This document shows, one piece after another, positions 1 to 9,004 of a DNA stretch of 55,154 bases. The stretch spans positions 1 to 55,154 of the forward strand of contig JBGALL010000003.1 in assembly GCA_044223895.1 (NCBI GenBank), given 5' to 3'. Origin of the DNA: Candidatus Woesebacteria bacterium. Its GTDB lineage: Bacteria > Patescibacteriota > Microgenomatia > UBA10105 > UBA927. The number at the start of each line of letters is the position of its first letter. Positions within the stretch are counted from its first letter, which is position 1. The notes below the pieces were generated by a model that was not told the origin of the DNA, ran no database searches, and was given only the letters and a program-made list of their open reading frames with translations. The translations under genes were made by a program, and so were the position numbers.

Positions 1-19
1 ATACATTATAGGTCTTTTT

Positions 20-1237
20 ATGCTCCCTGTCAAATTACAGAGCTTATTTACAGTTGTTCTCCTGCTTGGCCTTATTGCTCTCCCTTTTATATATTGGAGT
101 AACGCTTCTATACCTTTTGAAATTCCTCGAGTCTGGTTTGTTCATCGATGGGTAGAGGGTTTATCGTTTATTGGTTTAATCTATTTTTTGGGTACAAGAT
201 CAATTTTTCTAGACAAGCGAGGAAGTTTTTTTGTTCTTGGACTCTTATTAATTGCCATCATAAGTTCGTTATTAGGGGTTGATGTTTTGAAGAGTTTTAC
301 AGGGAATATCTATCGTGGAGATGGCCTGATAACACTAGCTAAATTTGTGGGATTTTCCTTTATAGTAGGGGCGATCTATCCCAAAGGTTGGAACAAATAT
401 TTGGTTGCCTCAGTCCTTGTCGGTTCCGGCCTGATGAGTCTATTTACTATCTATACTGCTCTTTCATCATGGGTCATGGTACCTTATTTCCCTTCTTGGA
501 ATGGAGCTTATGGTATTACCTTTGGTCAACCGAATTTTCTGGGTGGGTTTTTAGCGATAACCTTTCCCTTTTATCTCTATGTTTATCTCCGAGGTAGATC
601 AGATCAAAAACAACTTGCAATTATCTTGGGGAGTATTCAATCTATTGCCCTAATGTTGACACATTCCTGGGGTAGTATCTTAAGTGTTATTTTTGTACTG
701 TTACTCTTTGTACTCTCCGAGTATAGGCAGCGGGTTAAAAAAATAGTCCCTCTTTTAGGATTATTTTTGATAGGAATTATCTGTCTGGGAGGATATATCT
801 GGTGGCAACAGAATAATCTTCCGGTTTCGGTGAATGCAGAAAGTCGACAGCGAATATTTACTAAATTAACCTTAGCTTTTTTACAACGTCCTTTGTTAGG
901 GTGGGGATGGGCAAATGTTGACTATGCATTTACGGCAATAGATTGGCCGTATCATCTTTCTCAAGACGTCTACGTCGATAAAGCTCACAGTAGTGTACTG
1001 GAATATTTGGTCACCACTGGTCTAAGTGGAGGAATTCTTTTTGTTGGACTACTCTACCATTCTTTACATCGAGTATGGAAAAATTCGCAAGCACACGGCG
1101 ATTCTGCCTGGTGGAAGATGTTATTTTTTGTGCTGCTGTTATATTCTATTCAATCTCAGACAAATGTCGTCGGTATAGCCGAAGAAGTATTCTTTTGGTT
1201 AGTTATCGGATTTTCTCTTCAGAAGCTATCTTTTTAG
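20..1237 (+). CDS. O-antigen ligase/polymerase-like (Wzy_C family) polytopic membrane protein
   Basis: 405-aa ORF with about 10 hydrophobic helices. The loop segment WGWANVDYAF...DKAHSSVLEYLVTTGLSGG resembles the O-antigen ligase family signature region. Confidence 0.65.
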   Translation: MLPVKLQSLFTVVLLLGLIALPFIYWSNASIPFEIPRVWFVHRWVEGLSFIGLIYFLGTRSIFLDKRGSFFVLGLLLIAIISSLLGVDVLKSFTGNIYRGDGLITLAKFVGFSFIVGAIYPKGWNKYLVASVLVGSGLMSLFTIYTALSSWVMVPYFPSWNGAYGITFGQPNFLGGFLAITFPFYLYVYLRGRSDQKQLAIILGSIQSIALMLTHSWGSILSVIFVLLLFVLSEYRQRVKKIVPLLGLFLIGIICLGGYIWWQQNNLPVSVNAESRQRIFTKLTLAFLQRPLLGWGWANVDYAFTAIDWPYHLSQDVYVDKAHSSVLEYLVTTGLSGGILFVGLLYHSLHRVWKNSQAHGDSAWWKMLFFVLLLYSIQSQTNVVGIAEEVFFWLVIGFSLQKLSF

Positions 1238-1556
1238 ATTTTTTAGGTTTTGGAAGAGGTAATGCCTGTGAGGTTATTCGGACAAGGTCACAGAGAAATT
1301 GTTGATCATCAAACATTTCGCTCACATTCATTGATGGTTTAGCTCCTGGATAGGCAAACCCTTCAACATATCGCCCATCTGCAAAATCTTTGCCAGGATC
1401 AGTATATTTAATAAATAATTGATCATCGCATATAAGCCCGACAACCTTGTCATCACAATAGAGGGCGTATTCTCCAAACATTTTAGTAACTCTCACATTT
1501 CCAACGGAGGATACTAAATCTAGAATATATTGAGCAGTTGTCTGTTTGGTTGCCAT
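1203..1556 (-). CDS. TfoX N-terminal domain protein
   Basis: 117 aa. VTKMFGEYALYCDDKVVGLICDDQLFIK fits the TfoX_N (Sxy N-domain) pattern. Its 3' end overlaps the convergent upstream gene by 35 nt. Confidence 0.65.
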   Translation of the reverse strand: MATKQTTAQYILDLVSSVGNVRVTKMFGEYALYCDDKVVGLICDDQLFIKYTDPGKDFADGRYVEGFAYPGAKPSMNVSEMFDDQQFLCDLVRITSQALPLPKPKKSKKIASEEKIR

Positions 1557-1564
1557 ACGTATTT

Positions 1565-1981
1565 CTATCTGACTTTAGAAGTTGATACTTTAGCAGGAGT
1601 TCGTAATGTCTCGAGGATATTTTCAAGGACAACCAGTCTAAATGGTAGTTGCTCTTCTCCTGTCCAAAAAGAGTTACTTAAACTTCGTTTGGCTTCAGAA
1701 TCTGGTTGTTGTTGTGCCAACTTATTTCCATAACTAATTAAATGAGAAATTGCTGGAGTTAATTCACTGGGATGAAGAGTTAAGTGTTTTATTCTAATAT
1801 TTTCTTGATCGTTCACAATGAGTCCACCTCCCAAAAAGCGACGGACATAATCTTGGGGATTATGTTTCATAACTACTTCGATATCTTCATGGAGTATATC
1901 TACACGATAAAACAACGATTCGGCTGATTTCATAGAGGTACGTGAGTAAGAAACTATACCATCTCTCGATACTGAGAGCAA
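1565..1981 (-). CDS. hypothetical protein
   Basis: 138-aa ORF opening at a TTG. An alternative ATG lies at 1933. It sits 8 nt upstream of the TfoX-like gene on the same strand. No motif recognised. Confidence 0.4.
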   Translation of the reverse strand: MLSVSRDGIVSYSRTSMKSAESLFYRVDILHEDIEVVMKHNPQDYVRRFLGGGLIVNDQENIRIKHLTLHPSELTPAISHLISYGNKLAQQQPDSEAKRSLSNSFWTGEEQLPFRLVVLENILETLRTPAKVSTSKVR

Positions 1982-2003
1982 TCTGTTAGCAAAAGGCCTC
2001 CCT

Positions 2004-2024
2004 AAAAAAATTCTGTTTCCAGAA
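2004..2024 (-). terminator. weak intrinsic terminator-like hairpin
   Basis: On the minus strand, TTCTG-GAAA-CAGAA is followed by T7 (A7 at 2004-2010 on plus). An outer GGCCTC/GAGGCC pairing flanks it (1995-2034). It lies just downstream of the 2062-2565 gene. Confidence 0.35.
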
Positions 2025-2061
2025 ATAGAGAGGCCGCGTTGGTCTTTGCGTATACGAGAAA

Positions 2062-2565
2062 TTAGGCTGGATGAGCGGGTTTTGGGGCACCTTGTTCTGC
2101 GTGTTGATCATGATGACCCTGGTCCCCTCTGTCAAAAGCTAAATTGAAGATAAAAACATACAAGAACCCAACCATTAACATGGTTCCGGCAACTTCAGAT
2201 GTTAAAACTCCTTTTCCCCATCCTAAATAGGTAGAGAGAATTACCATTGTGATAAATGCTTCAGAATTATTACCTTCAGATTTGGAATACTCCAATATCT
2301 GCAAAGCACATAAAGCAACCACTGATGGAGCCATAACAATGTCGAGAACTTGCATGACTGGCGGGTACTTGGTCAACAAGAATAGAGATCCGATGAAATT
2401 GACTAAACCAATTACGGTTTGTGCAATATCTTGAACGCTTGTTGGCCCGAGAATCGGACGCTTTTTGGTGGAATGTCCATGACCTTCATCGTGATGAGCT
2501 GCACCATCTTTAGTTTCATGACCTGCTGAGTTTTCAGCCACAACTGGCTCATCTGCGTGCTTCAT
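2062..2565 (-). CDS. His-rich small membrane protein, unknown function
   Basis: 167 aa. Roughly four hydrophobic helices are flanked by His-rich tails (AAHHDEGHGH at the N-terminus, DQGHHDQHAEQG at the C-terminus). AAGGGA Shine-Dalgarno-like sequence upstream. Confidence 0.55.
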   Translation of the reverse strand: MKHADEPVVAENSAGHETKDGAAHHDEGHGHSTKKRPILGPTSVQDIAQTVIGLVNFIGSLFLLTKYPPVMQVLDIVMAPSVVALCALQILEYSKSEGNNSEAFITMVILSTYLGWGKGVLTSEVAGTMLMVGFLYVFIFNLAFDRGDQGHHDQHAEQGAPKPAHPA

Positions 2566-2635
2566 TATTATTCCCTTTCAATTCTTCAAAGTGCAAAACC
2601 AACGTGGGGAAGATTATACGCGAATTGATGACCTC

Positions 2636-3520
2636 TTACAAACTTCTAAACTCAAAAGAACGAAACTCTACATCCATGAAATCTGTCCGAATACCACCAT
2701 GACCATCTTTATGAAGTGACATACCGTCATTTAAAGGATTGTTATCAAGAACATTTACCAATTCTTTCCAACTTCCCGAGTTTGTTGTATCAAGATATAA
2801 GATAATCCTTACTGATTCCCCTTCATTTTTTACTATAGTCTTCAGTCCATACCAGGCATTTGTTTGAAGTAGATTGGGATTTGAGTTTCTGTTGTACGTG
2901 CCACTAATTATTTTTTTCAATGCCAGGGTTTGGTATTCACCCAAGATTTTTTTCTTGATAACCACAGCACCATCCACCCGTAGACCTGCGTAATAAACAT
3001 TGTCTGAGTTTTGATAACGATTAAATAATAAAACTCCATTTGACTCATTTCTATTTTCACTTTGGCTTAAATTTATTGCGTGAATTTTGAAATATACCTG
3101 TTCAGAATTATCAATTTTTTGATCTTTAGTAACTAGACGAAAAATATTTTGTGGATGACTGCCATCATCCGTGTCTTCTGGATTGCTTTCTTTATAAAGT
3201 CCATACCATCTATCCGAAGAGGGTAAATTACCCAGAATAGTCCTCATAGAATCTCCAGAAAGAAACACTCGACCACCAGATGATACCCACCAATCTGCAC
3301 TAGAACTTTGGGACATAGTAGAACTTTCATTAACTACCATAGTTGGTTCAGAGGTAGTTGTTGGAATAAGAGTAGGGCGTACGCTTGGTATTGGCGTAAA
3401 GGCAGTGGTTGGTATAGCGAGTGTCGTTGTTTCTCTCAACGGTATTGTTGATGCTTTTTGAATGATGAGCACCGATACAACAGCCATCACAAAAAAGATA
3501 GTAAAAAACACATATTTCAT
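2636..3520 (-). CDS. secreted or membrane-anchored protein, probable beta-jelly-roll (concanavalin/LamG-like) fold
   Basis: 294 aa with an N-terminal hydrophobic anchor, a Thr/Pro-rich linker and a beta-rich body. It overlaps the upstream deacetylase gene by 4 nt, which suggests translational coupling. The fold assignment is an impression only. Confidence 0.55.
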   Translation of the reverse strand: MKYVFFTIFFVMAVVSVLIIQKASTIPLRETTTLAIPTTAFTPIPSVRPTLIPTTTSEPTMVVNESSTMSQSSSADWWVSSGGRVFLSGDSMRTILGNLPSSDRWYGLYKESNPEDTDDGSHPQNIFRLVTKDQKIDNSEQVYFKIHAINLSQSENRNESNGVLLFNRYQNSDNVYYAGLRVDGAVVIKKKILGEYQTLALKKIISGTYNRNSNPNLLQTNAWYGLKTIVKNEGESVRIILYLDTTNSGSWKELVNVLDNNPLNDGMSLHKDGHGGIRTDFMDVEFRSFEFRSL

Positions 3521-5052
3521 GGGAGTGCAGTAACCGAAATAGAAGTTACTAGAATATCACTTTGATTCCGTTGTTGACCCCAGTTTTTAAAACCAACGCC
3601 TCCACTCGATAGAGATTGATCAAATCCTGAAGCTTCCACAACAACGTTTCCGTTCTCTTTACATTGTACCGTATTTCCTTGGACCACCATATCAGCATGA
3701 ACTTTGGTACCTTTGCGCAATAAATAATTAGTATTTCCCCGCTTTAACTCCTTTTCTATTCCTTCTAAGCTTTGGGTTATACTGGTGTAACTATCATTGG
3801 TAGAACAAGCTAAAAAAGTATTATTATTTTTGTACCGTGCTAAGAGTGAGAAACTATCTCCAGCATTCCAGACAATATCAGCGCTAAAAAGATAATCTTT
3901 CCACAGGAAGGTACCGTCGAGAAATACCGATCCTCCTTCACTATGATTCGTTTGTAAACGCATTCCCTGGTTGGTAAAACTTTGTTTCCCCCAAGTTCCT
4001 GACCATCCACGATCGAGTTTTCCTGTATCTATATAGGGAAGTTCTTTGGGCTCTCCGTATTGCAGATTTCGAATTAAATCTTTACCCGTCCATTCTGGTT
4101 GAACAATAATTCGTTTACGCATAAATTCTGCAGCTGCTGGGTAGTTGTAGGTATATCCCTCTCCTTTATACACCTGAAAAAAGACAATCGGAAACATTTG
4201 TTTGGTGATGGTATATAACTGGCTCGAAGCCTGGGGGTAATTGGTTAGGTTTTGTCCGTAATCTCCAAATGGATAGGCAAAACTTAAATTTTTAATACCA
4301 AATTCTTTTTCTAGTTTTTTCTGTCCTGCAAGTAACTCTTCACGAACACGGTTTTGATATTCCTGATCAGTCTCAATTCTTTGTGACTCTTTCATCCACA
4401 GTTTATTAGGATAATATCGACCGACATCACCTTTGCTAGTGATAGGATACAAAACATGTCCAACATCCGTATGTAATTGGACTTCCCAATGTTTGGTATC
4501 TAACATTTTTTTAATCTCTGCTGATGAAAGATAGAAACGGCTTCCTTCACCTATGTTGAAGTGAGTAATCAGATAAGACACAGCTGAATAATCTAATGTC
4601 GCTAACACGGGATCTGTAGGATAATAGGTAGTTTTCGATCCATCATCAAAGGAAATAAGGATTGAACGTTCAGGAAGTTTTTTAGTCCCCTTCATAAAGT
4701 CCAAAAAATCTTTTATATGAATGGTTATATAGCCAGCTTTTTTAAGGGCCAACATCTGTTCTGTAAAATTTTTTGCCAATACATTTGCTCCATCCGGAGA
4801 TTCAATAATGGAATGGTATAACAGCACTGGAATTGCTTGGGCATATTTCTTTTGGGTAACAGTTGATTGCCGGTGAGTCACTTGTTCAAGACGATAACGA
4901 ATTAAAGGTATATAAACGTCAGGAATATAAAAAATAGAAAAATTTTTGAGAAAGGAAAGATTACTAAAGTAAAAAAAGAGGAATATCCCTTGAAGTGCAA
5001 TAATTCCAATAAACATCAAACTTCGCTGAAAAAAATGTTCTCGACGTTTCAT
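3517..5052 (-). CDS. polysaccharide deacetylase (NodB homology domain) with C-terminal jelly-roll-like domain
   Basis: 511 aa with an N-terminal TM helix. ILISFDDGSKTTYY matches the NodB TFDDG-type motif, and downstream His motifs are present (LHTDVGH). About 170 aa of beta-rich C-terminal extension. Confidence 0.8.
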   Translation of the reverse strand: MKRREHFFQRSLMFIGIIALQGIFLFFYFSNLSFLKNFSIFYIPDVYIPLIRYRLEQVTHRQSTVTQKKYAQAIPVLLYHSIIESPDGANVLAKNFTEQMLALKKAGYITIHIKDFLDFMKGTKKLPERSILISFDDGSKTTYYPTDPVLATLDYSAVSYLITHFNIGEGSRFYLSSAEIKKMLDTKHWEVQLHTDVGHVLYPITSKGDVGRYYPNKLWMKESQRIETDQEYQNRVREELLAGQKKLEKEFGIKNLSFAYPFGDYGQNLTNYPQASSQLYTITKQMFPIVFFQVYKGEGYTYNYPAAAEFMRKRIIVQPEWTGKDLIRNLQYGEPKELPYIDTGKLDRGWSGTWGKQSFTNQGMRLQTNHSEGGSVFLDGTFLWKDYLFSADIVWNAGDSFSLLARYKNNNTFLACSTNDSYTSITQSLEGIEKELKRGNTNYLLRKGTKVHADMVVQGNTVQCKENGNVVVEASGFDQSLSSGGVGFKNWGQQRNQSDILVTSISVTALP

Positions 5053-5055
5053 GAA

Positions 5056-6306
5056 CTACCTCGTCCCCCATTGTGTATCACGAATAGTGATTATTGCCCA
5101 AGGAAGTTGCCACATGAGTAACAAGGTATAAAACGCTGAAAATAATATACTGTAAGTCCAGTATTTATCTTTTGTATAAATATAATAATAGACCCCATAT
5201 AAAGTTGACATGAGAATCAGGCCAAAAAAATATTGAAAGGGATAGCGATGAGCAGTAAGCGGCAGCCAGACAATTGCTCTGATGACAAAAAACGGAGCCA
5301 GTAATGGCAAAATAAATCCAAGATAAAAAATTATACTCGTGAGTATATTTCTTCGCCACATAAATCGACTCGCTAGCAATGATTCTCTAAACCACGATTT
5401 TTTCCACCGTAACTGCTGTTTCATGAATTGTTTAAAAGTTTCTGGAACGATCGTGTAAGAAATGACATCAGGTGCATATAAGGTTTGAAGTCCTCGCTCT
5501 AATAAGGCGTTCGTTAAACTACGATCATCTCCATACGTGCATCTCACCCCAAGAAATCGTTGTTGTTCCCATTTGTCCAAAATAGGTAAGACTGCTGATC
5601 GCCGATATGCAGAACAACATCCTGAACAACAGGTTACTGTCCCAAAAATACTTTCAGCCGATTTGTAGGCCTTAAAGGCAATGTAATACCGGGTTGATTG
5701 CATACGAGTAAGAATATTCTTGTTGGCGTTATAGACATAGGCATGACCCGCAACTGCACCTACGTTGGGTTCAATAAAATATCTTACTAATTTACGAATC
5801 GAATCTTTTTCAATAAAACTGTCAGAATCAATAAATAAAATAATTTCTTCTTTACCACTGCGAATGGTTTCAGCCATACCCGCTCGTTTTCCTTTATTTT
5901 TTTCCCAACGAATAATTTTTACCTTTACTCCTTTTTTGGCAGCAATTTTTTGGGCTGCCACCATCTCTTGGTAGGTATTATCTGTAGACCCATCATCCAC
6001 TGCGACTACTGAAAATTTATTAACAGGATAATCAATATTGGCAATAGTTAAGATCGTTTTACGAATATTTTCACCCTCATTTTTTGATGGAATTCCAAAG
6101 GTGATAGTTGGTTCGTAGACATCATCATCTTCGTCTGCTAATGCAGGTTGGTAAAAAAAAGCTATCGAAAAACGAATTAATACATAAAAAGTGACGGCGA
6201 AACCATACACAGCGTAGAGGAATGAATCATGGAAATGGGAAAGAGATATAAATTTGGTAAGCAAAACAAGATATAACAGCACGAAAAAAAACAAACTCAT
6301 GCGCAT
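5056..6306 (-). CDS. processive family-2 glycosyltransferase, HasA/NodC/chitin-synthase-like polysaccharide synthase
   Basis: 416 aa. Motifs VAVDDGSTDNT, FIDSDS, YGDDRSLTN and QQLRWKKSWFRES (QxxRW) are present. TM helices flank the catalytic domain on both sides. Confidence 0.85.
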   Translation of the reverse strand: MRMSLFFFVLLYLVLLTKFISLSHFHDSFLYAVYGFAVTFYVLIRFSIAFFYQPALADEDDDVYEPTITFGIPSKNEGENIRKTILTIANIDYPVNKFSVVAVDDGSTDNTYQEMVAAQKIAAKKGVKVKIIRWEKNKGKRAGMAETIRSGKEEIILFIDSDSFIEKDSIRKLVRYFIEPNVGAVAGHAYVYNANKNILTRMQSTRYYIAFKAYKSAESIFGTVTCCSGCCSAYRRSAVLPILDKWEQQRFLGVRCTYGDDRSLTNALLERGLQTLYAPDVISYTIVPETFKQFMKQQLRWKKSWFRESLLASRFMWRRNILTSIIFYLGFILPLLAPFFVIRAIVWLPLTAHRYPFQYFFGLILMSTLYGVYYYIYTKDKYWTYSILFSAFYTLLLMWQLPWAIITIRDTQWGTR

Positions 6307-6309
6307 GGA

Positions 6310-7617
6310 TTACCGTCCAATTCCCTTGTAATACAAACCTGCCTTGATAAAGTTTTCTTTTGATAAACAATTTCGTCCATCGATAATCAGAGAGATATGC
6401 TTCTGCTGATAATATTCAGGTGATAGTGAGGTAAATTCTTTATGAGCGGTAGCAAGTATCACACAATGAACACCTTCCATAACCTCATCGAGAGTTTGAT
6501 GGGTAGATTTAGTTAATAGATACGGATCAAAGGTACGCACGGATATACCTCGATTCTTTAATTCATCAATTATATGATATGAAGGACTTTCACGATCATC
6601 ATCGATATTAGATTTATACGATAATCCTAAAACAACGACCGTCGCTTCATTCAAAGGAATATTAGCCTTCTCCAAACTTTGGATAGCTAACTCAGCTGTT
6701 TGATACGGCATAGAATTATTTATACTTCGAGCGAGAGACAGGAAATTATGACTAAATCCAAACTGTTTGGCATAGGCAATAAGATAATATGGATCGACCG
6801 GAATACAATGTCCCCCTACTCCACACCCTGGATAGTGAGCCAGAAATGAGAAAGGTTTACTGGCCGCACCATCTATAACATGAACGACATCTATACCTAA
6901 CTTTTCAAAGGAAAGCGCCAATTCATTAACAAAAGCAATATTAATATCCCTAAATGCATTTTCAGTAACTTTTACTGCTTCTGCTTCCTTTAAATTTCCC
7001 ATTGGTTTTATCTTCCCTAGCAGGATAGATTCGTAAAATTCTACCGCTTTTTTTAATCCAATTTCATCGAAACTGCCGATAACTCTGGGAATGTTTTCCA
7101 CGTTCCATTTTTTGTCACCAGGGTTAATTCGTTCTGGACAATGTGCCAGATAAAAATCTTTGCCACAAGTGAGACCGGATTCCTTTTCCAGAATTGGTAG
7201 TACTATAGTCTCACAAACCCCTGGGTTAACGGTTGATTCCAAAATGACTAATTGACCTTTCTGTAAATTTTTCCCTATAGCGGTTGTAGAACTTATAACA
7301 GGTTCTAAATCTGGAGTATAATCTTCATGAACAGGAGTGGGCACACAAATAACAATTATTGTTGTGTCCTTGATGGTTTGAAAATCTGTCGTTGCCTGTA
7401 AGCTAGTAGTTAGAAGTTCTTTTTCTAACCGACTATCTTTAATTGGGGATTTGCCGGCATTTATAAGATCGGCCTTGTGTTGATTACGAACGATGCCAAT
7501 AACCTTATATCCTTTATTACTGGCTAACAGAGCGAGGGGTAATCCTACATATCCTAGTCCGATAATAGCGATAGATGATTTGGTGTGTTTGCTCTTATTC
7601 CGTATAGAACCGTTCAT
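6310..7617 (-). CDS. nucleotide-sugar 6-dehydrogenase (UDP-N-acetylhexosamine dehydrogenase-like, WecC/WbpA/Cap5O type)
   Basis: 435 aa. N-terminal Rossmann motif IAIIGLGYVGLPLA. Catalytic-Cys segment GCGVGGHCIPVDPYY is typical of the HexNAc-dehydrogenase branch of the UDP-glucose/GDP-mannose dehydrogenase family. Confidence 0.85.
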   Translation of the reverse strand: MNGSIRNKSKHTKSSIAIIGLGYVGLPLALLASNKGYKVIGIVRNQHKADLINAGKSPIKDSRLEKELLTTSLQATTDFQTIKDTTIIVICVPTPVHEDYTPDLEPVISSTTAIGKNLQKGQLVILESTVNPGVCETIVLPILEKESGLTCGKDFYLAHCPERINPGDKKWNVENIPRVIGSFDEIGLKKAVEFYESILLGKIKPMGNLKEAEAVKVTENAFRDINIAFVNELALSFEKLGIDVVHVIDGAASKPFSFLAHYPGCGVGGHCIPVDPYYLIAYAKQFGFSHNFLSLARSINNSMPYQTAELAIQSLEKANIPLNEATVVVLGLSYKSNIDDDRESPSYHIIDELKNRGISVRTFDPYLLTKSTHQTLDEVMEGVHCVILATAHKEFTSLSPEYYQQKHISLIIDGRNCLSKENFIKAGLYYKGIGR

Positions 7618-7705
7618 ACTGTTGAGGTTTTGAGCAAGAAGAAATAATGTATATCATGAGAGTTACACATTAAGAAACTTTTTATAGAAAAAAAAGACCT
7701 AAGTT

Positions 7706-9004
7706 ATGGAATACAGAAACATTTCAGAAAAAATTCAGAAAGCCGCACTGAAATCAGTCGATCCAGAATACGCTGTCTCTTCATTTTTGGAACATCATCC
7801 TAATCTGATGAGAACTCAAACAACAATTGATGTCGTCGCTATTGGAAAAGCTGCTGTTCCAATGATGCAGGCAATTGCGAATCAAAAAGCCTATACAATA
7901 CAACGTGCTTTAGTAATTACTAAAACTGGTCATACGTTTGGGATGAAATCAACGGAAACATTACATATTTGTGAATCAGAGCATCCAGTCCCAGGAAATG
8001 GTTCGTTACAATCAGGAACAATATTATTTAATTTTCTCAAGCTTTCAACTGCACAAACAATACTATTTCTCATTTCTGGGGGTGGATCTTCCTTAATAAC
8101 CTTTCCCTATGAAGGAATTTCTCTCGAAGATGTTCAACAAACCACTCAGGCGTTATTGGCCTGCGGAGCAACTATTCAGGAAATAAATGCCTTACGAAAA
8201 CATATAGATGCAGTCAAAGGCGGTGGATTACTTGCAGCTATTCCCGAAAAAACATTTGTACGTTCACTCGTCCTTAGTGATGTTATTGGAGATGATTTTT
8301 CTGTCATCGCCTCAGGGCCTACCTACTGGGATAATTCAACCTTTCATAGTGCTATGCAACTACTACATACCTATGAAATTGTTCAATCAGTCCCTGTCTC
8401 TGTCAGAGAACATTTGCAGCGTGGGATAAACGGAGAAGTTCCCGAAACTTTAAAAATGAATAATCCTCGGTTTAGAAAGGTGAGACATTATCTCGTAGGA
8501 AATTTATCAGTAGCTATCGAAGCTGCTAGTACAGAAGTAAAAAAGCTAGGATATAAGCCAGTTGTTTTGACCTATGAACAACAAGGTGAAGCTCGCCATG
8601 TAGGTATTGAATTTGCAAATACTGTTCTCAATTTATCAAAAAAGCCCCATCCGCCACTCTGCGTCATCATGGGAGGAGAAACAACAGTTACGCTCAATTC
8701 AGAGAAGAACGGGACAGGTGGTAGAAACCAGGAGCTAATTCTATCTGCAGGTATTGAACTAGCTGAACAGGCTGATGTTTATCTGGCATCGTTTGGAACT
8801 GATGGGATTGATGGACCAACCGACGCAGCAGGCGCGTGCTGGGATCGAATAATAGTTACCAATGTCAAAGATAAAGGCCTACATCCAATAGATTATTTAC
8901 ATGCTCACGACAGCTATTCTTTTTTTCAAAAAACCGGTGGCCTAATAAAATCAGGCCCCACAGGGACCAATGTCGGTGATATTACCTTTGCCCTCGTACC
9001 ATGA
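7706..9004 (+). CDS. glycerate 2-kinase / hydroxypyruvate reductase-like (DUF4147 + MOFRL)
   Basis: 432 aa. Contains ISGGGSSL, VIMGGETTVTL, GTGGRNQE and GTDGIDGPTD, which are hallmarks of the MOFRL glycerate-kinase family. Confidence 0.8.
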   Translation: MEYRNISEKIQKAALKSVDPEYAVSSFLEHHPNLMRTQTTIDVVAIGKAAVPMMQAIANQKAYTIQRALVITKTGHTFGMKSTETLHICESEHPVPGNGSLQSGTILFNFLKLSTAQTILFLISGGGSSLITFPYEGISLEDVQQTTQALLACGATIQEINALRKHIDAVKGGGLLAAIPEKTFVRSLVLSDVIGDDFSVIASGPTYWDNSTFHSAMQLLHTYEIVQSVPVSVREHLQRGINGEVPETLKMNNPRFRKVRHYLVGNLSVAIEAASTEVKKLGYKPVVLTYEQQGEARHVGIEFANTVLNLSKKPHPPLCVIMGGETTVTLNSEKNGTGGRNQELILSAGIELAEQADVYLASFGTDGIDGPTDAAGACWDRIIVTNVKDKGLHPIDYLHAHDSYSFFQKTGGLIKSGPTGTNVGDITFALVP

